From positions 32,984,001 to 33,048,000 of the forward strand of contig OZ024753.1 of assembly GCA_964016885.1 (NCBI GenBank): a stretch of 64,000 nucleotides of DNA, read 5' to 3'. A program made the position numbers and the translations under genes. The DNA comes from Eledone cirrhosa. Taxonomy: Eukaryota. Below are positions 57,354 through 64,000 of the stretch, one piece after another; position 1 is the stretch's first letter, and every line of letters starts with the position of its first letter. The notes below the pieces were generated by a model. It saw only the letters and a program-made list of their open reading frames with translations. It was not told the origin of the DNA and did not search any database.

Positions 57354-58044
57354 TACATTAATACATTATGAATTTTCATCTGTTACATTTATATAAACTC
57401 TATGCCTACATATGTTACATTTATATAAACGTTACATTGATAGGGACTTTACACTTATAATCATGTTACATTTTCATAATTGGTATATGTTCATACAGAC
57501 TTACGTACATATTACACTTATACATGTTACACTAATATATGTTACGCTTACAAATATGCTATGACAACATATATCTTATTTCGTGTGTCATTTTCTTTTC
57601 CATGGCAGTAGGGCGTAATTTACGGAGAATGTGGAACGTATTTACTGTTTCTAGTCGGTCGAACTTCAGAGAATATAGTCCGGATATCATCTATATCGTT
57701 TGTATTTTTTTTTCACTCTATTAAGAGTCAACTTCTCTGTTTCTAGCCACATATGATAACCACATCAGTGTATATTTATGTAAAACTGCCATAACTTCCA
57801 AGGGAGAAAATTAGAATATAATTATTTTCTATATAACTTGCTAATGCATTTGATAGAAGGCAGAATATTTTTGTCATACATATTCATATGTTTTATAGGT
57901 ATTGCTGAAATGTAGTTTAGTTACTGGCAGAGTTGATTCTTTTGATACAGCTTCAGAGTACTTTCTTGTATATTACTTTCGACAGACAAAATGTAATATA
58001 GCGGAATATTGCTCTACAAGTTTGTTTTTAGATTTCTTGTCGGA

Positions 58045-58350
58045 CCTCCGTCGTTCCTGAGGTAGTGTTCCAATTGATTTAATCAACGGAACAGCCTGCT
58101 CTTGAAATTAACCTGCAAGTAGATAGGCATTACACACACCGGCACACAAACCTTAAATTACTTCTCAAAGATTCATAGTGTCACAGTGTGTGACAAGGCT
58201 GCCCTTGAAATACAGGTACAACTGATTTTTGCTCGCTGAGTAAACTGGAGAAATGTGAAATAAAGCGTATTGCTCAAAAGCACAACACGCCGACCTGTCC
58301 ATGAATCGACCTCAGCCAAAAAACACTAGCCACTCATCCACGCGCATTCA
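58045..58350 (-). mobile_element. Diverged SINE family B copy
   Basis: gctgagtaaactggagaaatgtgaaataaagcg is the reverse complement of the family core. Similar copies lie at ~7700-8020 and ~13300-13480. Confidence 0.65.
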
Positions 58351-59681
58351 CTGTGAAAGCTATTTTACATTTTACATGCACTAGCATATTCATAGAAATA
58401 CTTTAACTTATATTAGTACTCATTTAACTTGGTTTTCTCTTAGCCAAATGCCTCTAGTCAGACACTCTTATTTAAGCGTATTCATTTCTCATTCCTTATG
58501 TGTGTGAGAGAGAGAGGGAGAGAGAGGAAGACATGGGGAGAGAGAGGGGGGATTAAGAGGGGAGAGGGAGGCGGATGAGCTTTAAAATTATAATAGACGC
58601 CAAAATTATTCTTGAACACACTTAATCACTTCCTAGTAAAACTGTACACTGATTTGATTTTATCCACTCAGCACTATTTATTTTTCCGTATTATCCAACT
58701 TAGAGACTTTAAGTAACTACCAAAAGCCATTCCTTTAACTTTTCCTAATAACTCTTCTTGACCTCATACTCGATACAATATACAAATATTGCAAAGATAT
58801 TCCAATGCAGATTACGTATATTCTCAATTCTCACAGTGATATTGATTTAGAGACGGTCGTTGATTTGGTTATTTTTACAAATATGTTCACTACAAGTCCA
58901 TCAAATTTATTTATAAACTTAAGAGAATTAAATGACTCCCACATCTTCCGGTTTTAACATACAAACTGACACATACATACATACACACATACATACAAAT
59001 AAACAAACGAACAACAGGCGTATTACGTTGTTTAAACTATATTCGAGAACCAATGCCCGGATGTATTTTTCTTTGATATTTAAATCACCATCATCAGAAG
59101 ATAGTGTCACACTGTATTGAAGTTTATCCCCAACGACACGACACTGACAAGTAGAGAAGGAAATACTGTCATGGTTTAGAATGTCACCAGTTTATTTATT
59201 TATTTTTTTCCTTTCGTGTTTCACAATTTAAATCACTAAAATGTCTGCCACTTCGACAATATCATCAGTCTTTACGTGTAGGAGAAAGATATATTTGCTA
59301 TACTATTACAGCTGAACAGATTAAGACAATGATTAGCAAAGTGGGCGCTGAGAAATACTGGGACTCAAAAGGGTTGTAAAAGGAAGGGGGCAAAGAGTGG
59401 GGAGAGTGCAAAAGAAGAAAGAATACAAATTAGATCATATGTATATGAATTCATATACAATATCTTTACGTATAATGATTTCTTTATTATTCATATATTT
59501 ATTATTAAACTTACATTTAGTCTCACTCTATGTTAAACTGTGGTCGTATCACAGGTACCAATATAACTGTGTAACACGTGGGCATGTTTATGGTTATATA
59601 TATATATACAAATTATATAAATGTATATATGCAGTTGTCTCTGTAAATGCATCTATGTGAATATATATATATATATATATA

Positions 59682-59883
59682 GGAAAAAATATGACGCTGA
59701 CGGCAGAGCTCAAGCCATTTCGGCGGGTATTTCTGGACATTTATTTAGTCCAGAAATAGCCGTCGAAACGGCTTGAGCTCTGCCGTCGGGGTCATACTTT
59801 TTCCAATTACCCACTCTACTACCCTAAGTATTGAGTACTCTGGTGCTTTATGGTCCATCTGGTTCCTTACCACATTTCCTTCG

Positions 59884-59884
<1 letters not shown>
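59682..59884 (+). mobile_element. Fold-back element with 3' half of a hammerhead, inserted in (TA)n
   Basis: The 57-bp arms are 59682-59738 and 59748-59804 (~6 mismatches). The right arm reads gccgtc GAAA cggc ttgagctct gccg TC ggggtc, and the tail has TTGAGTACT at 59831. Confidence 0.85.
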
Positions 59885-59921
<37 letters not shown>

Positions 59922-59922
<1 letters not shown>

Positions 59923-60120
59923 ATTTTATAGAAGGAGCTTCTACAGGACTAGTACTGTTTCATTCAGATGAAATCTTCAGGAAGCTCCTGAAGATTTCAT
60001 CTGAATGAAACAGTACTAGTCCTGTACAAGCTCCTTCTATAAAATATTTTTTTTTTACGCTGCCATGTATTGAGTACCTTACTTACTGTGGTTATCCCCG
60101 ACTCAACCCGGGACCTACGT
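59922..60120 (+). mobile_element. Fold-back HHR element inserted in (TA)n
   Basis: The 60-bp arms are 59922-59981 and 59987-60046 (one mismatch). The tail has TTGAGTACC at 60070. Confidence 0.9.
59934..59988 (-). ncRNA. Type I hammerhead ribozyme
   Basis: The minus strand reads ggagcttc CTGAAGA tttcatctgaat GAAA cag tactagtc ctg TA gaagctcc. Stem I is 8 bp, stem III is 4 bp with a near-palindromic loop, and the cleavage triplet is GUA. Confidence 0.85.
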
Positions 60121-60582
60121 ATATATATATATATATATATATATGCTTGAATGTATCCGTGTAGTTATCACATGTACTGGTTTGTCTATCTATCTGTTAA
60201 GAGATAATATACAAGGCCAAATCACAACCAGATTTAGTAATAAAATGACAATAAAACAGAACTAATATATTTTAAAGTTTCAAACCTGTAACCATGGCGA
60301 TTCTACTTAATAGATACATCGTTTCATGTATATAAGAAAAACAAGCAGAAAAAAAAAATCAAATATGACCTCGAAAAAAAGCATTGCAAACCCAAAAATA
60401 CAAACAAAAGAGAGAAAATAATAAAATATTGCTGTCCATGAATTATATTGCTTCCGTAATAAAAACAATTAACTGAAAACAAAGTTTTCTAGTTATAACA
60501 TATTTTCAATGTATACTATTCTGTCAATCTTAGAATTAGTAGCAATGTAAGACGTAAAATATGTTATTATTACTCCAGATTT

Positions 60583-61280
60583 TATCATCCTTACGGGGTC
60601 GATAAAATAAAGTACCAGTAATGTACTGAGTAATTGCTGGCCTTGTGCCAAAATTAGAAACAATTATTACTCCAGACAGTGTTTAACACGCTTACATTTA
60701 ATATTAAATCATATAATCAGAAAAAAGTATGGATTAAAAGAAACAAATGGTTTTTAAACAAAACAATAGTAATAATTGTTTCTACTTTAGGCACAAGACC
60801 AGCAATTACCCAGTACATTACTGGTACTTTATTTTATCGACCCCGTAAGGATGAAAGGCAAAGTTAACCTCGGCGGGATAATAATAATTGTTTCTACTTT
60901 AGGCACAAGGCCAGCAATTACCCAGTGCATTACTGGTACTTTATTTTATCGACCCCGTAAGGATGAAAGGCAAAGTCAACATCGGCGGGATTTGAACTCA
61001 GATCGTAAAGGGACGTAACTATGCTGGAAAGCATGGCGTCCGACCCTCTACCGATACTGCCAATCCACCAATAATAATGAGTTCTATTATAAGCACAAGA
61101 CCAGCAATTTGGGAAGGCGGGGAGAGTCGATTAAATCGACTCCAGTGCAGTACTGGTACTTTATTTTATCGTTTTATCGACACCGTAAAGATGAAAAGCA
61201 AAGCTAACCTCGGTGGGATTTGAACCCAGAACGTAAAGCGCCATAATTCTGTGCAGCAAAGCATGGTGTCTGAAGCTCAC
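60583..61280. mobile_element. SINE family A cluster: one + fragment (60583-60668) and three tandem - copies (60775-61280)
   Basis: The copies have near-identical family cores separated by (taa)n. Confidence 0.85.
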
Positions 61281-61295
61281 GATGATGATGATGAT

Positions 61296-61326
<31 letters not shown>

Positions 61327-61558
61327 GAGCGTGGTCTTTACGTAAATTAAGGCTTCGTGTGAAGATATAGGTAGATAAATATAGAAATGTTTATAGATGG
61401 ATAACGCTAACGATTGATGTGTATTGCTATAAATTATAACCATAAAAATTCAGGCTAAATTTGAGTCTAGTTAATTGGAGTATCTCCTGTCTCCAAAATG
61501 GATGTTAACTTGGTCTTACGAAAGAAAATATTATCTTCTATGATATTGTGTATTCATT

Positions 61559-61628
<70 letters not shown>

Positions 61629-62293
61629 GAGAGAGAGAGAAAGAGGGGATAGTGAGAGAGATGGAGAGGGAGAGAGAGATTGTGAATTACCAGTTTAGAT
61701 TAGTAATACCATTGCTCAGCTAAGTACTCAATAATTGGGAAAGTAGAGTGTAGGCATTGTAAAGTGTTAGCTGCATGACGGCTCAGCTCACGCCGTTTCG
61801 AAGGCATAAGCTCAGCCGTTGTGTATTAACTCTTTACAATATATATATATATAATATGGTTATCAGAAATACCATTCCTTATACGCATGTATACATTTTT
61901 GTATACCTAGTGTTTTCAGTCCAACCAGAATCTAACTATTACATTTCAAAAAATCATATTTTGTAATATAATTGTGAAGTATTGAAAAGTGGCTTTTTTT
62001 TGTAAATTATTTGTAACAAACAACAATATCATTAATACTACTAATAATTGTTTCTACTTTTGGGACAAGGCCAGCAATTACCCAGTACATTACTGGTACT
62101 TTTAATGATGAAGATGATGATGATGAAGATGTTGTTCATTACCATTTCTTTTTTAAATTAGAAATTTCTCAAGCTTGTGAAGGTGAAGTTGAGACAGAAA
62201 TATTGTTTAAAATGCTTTTCATTTTATTAACCATATACAATAGAAATATTTTAATACAAATACACACACACTATATGTATCTCTCCGACTCAC

Positions 62294-62335
<42 letters not shown>

Positions 62336-62654
62336 AGGAATTTATGTATATGTGTGTGTACGTGTGGGTGTGGGTGTAAGCATGGATGGCACCGAAGCTA
62401 TGGCATTTTAAGCCGATATAAAGAAAAGAAAACACATCGTCAGAAATAGCCGGTCAAATGTCATAGTTGACAATAATATCACCATATTGTAATTGTGTAA
62501 AATAGCAAAAGAACGAACAAGTATATCTATTAGAGCATACATAGACACACATAAACACTCACATAGAAACACATATAGACACACACATCCCTTTATTTGT
62601 AGGTGATGTAAAGATAGATTACGTGTACAAAAATAGAACACTCAACACGTGTGT

Positions 62655-62736
<82 letters not shown>

Positions 62737-62890
62737 TACAATAATCAAAGTTCAGTTTAAGTCATTTATTTGCTTACAATTGTTTCCTCCAAACCGAGGT
62801 TTGGATTCTTCGGAGCAACTATTTACTGATCTATAACATACTTGACCTCCTTTTCAACCCAAGAGACATATAAAACATATGCGCATATTG

Positions 62891-62934
<44 letters not shown>

Positions 62935-64000
62935 GCAATCCAATCTATTATAGATCGACAATATTACTGGTATTACTGAGATTTGCTTTGCTTAATTAAT
63001 TAAACATTCTTCAGACAATTTATTTGATATAATTCAAACAAGTGTGTGAGTTGCTGAGTTGAGTTGTTTTTGAAAGACAGACACTTTTATTAAAGTCTGG
63101 ATGTATTGGACAATGCTGGTGCCTCATTTATGAATGAAGACAGCGTGAAAGTCTACATCGTCATATGTTGTGATAGTAATGATCTTTAAATCTAAACTGC
63201 TTCAGTCTAACTGTAAATGGATACCACAATGTTAAGAAAACATCTCATCATCCACCCTAGCCTCAGTATTTCTGCGTGACTGACAAGTGAAATATTTTGT
63301 TTTATTCTTTGGAAAAGCTAAACCAACACATCGGCTTAGCTTAGAGTCCCTTAATATTCAAAACACAGCTTCATTAGAATTCTGAGTGCGATTACATGGC
63401 TGCGTTTTCTGAGTGGCACATAAAAGTAAATTCCTGTTTATATACATCGTGCGCAGATATTCCCCGCTGATTGATAATTCAGCCAAGGCAGGAAACCATC
63501 ATATGTTTAATTTATAATTGCATAAATTGTGAAATCGTTTTACATTATATTTAGAAGTATCTTCACGTATAGATTTCAATAATTATGTTACTTTATAGCG
63601 AACAGGACATCAAAATATAAATAAAAAATACAAGAAGACAGATTAGTTGATATACATGCCCGTAAAGTGTAACTATATAAAATTATGACCAAATAAGGAA
63701 AATCAGCATATTTACTCACAGGTTGTAGAGTCTTATTTCTTGTCAACCAATTTAAAGTGTTCTTAGAATATAGACATTTTTACTATGTGGTATTAAAGGA
63801 ACAAATAAAATGTAGCAATCTCAATCAGCGAATATAGTTTTCCCCTCGAAACCTAAGAATGTTTAGCAAGACGATTACCAAACATTGCAGCAATAATCAG
63901 AAAGACACACATGTATTGGTAAACATTTGTTCTTCTACTTTAATAGATTGTCGTAAAAGAAATAATAAAAGAAACCTGTTATGTTGTAGAATTTCAAAGG

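Overview
This is AT-rich, microsatellite-dense eukaryotic DNA. The SINE families and repeat landscape suggest an octopus or other coleoid cephalopod (inference). There is one clear host exon: a 670-nt first coding exon of a natriuretic-peptide-receptor/membrane guanylyl cyclase-type gene on the minus strand (37820-37151), so everything to its left is probably intron. Mobile DNA includes a 5'-truncated but uninterrupted Penelope-like element (RT + Cys linker + GIY-YIG, Naiad-like) with a ~3.6 kb 3' region ending in a hammerhead ribozyme (HHR). Also present are a decayed second Penelope N-terminus, a decayed Gypsy pol, Tx1/L1 and RTE 3' fragments, and many copies of two tRNA-derived SINE families. 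The most striking signal is a set of short, sequence-unrelated non-coding elements sitting in (TA)n tracts. They share one architecture: a type-I HHR (complete or partial), a 3' tail usually carrying a TTGAGTRCT-like motif ~45-60 nt before the (TA)n junction, and a 5' inverted self-copy that folds the element into a long hairpin. All HHR calls come from manual pairing and were not computed. Nearly all other ORFs in the track are microsatellite artefacts.
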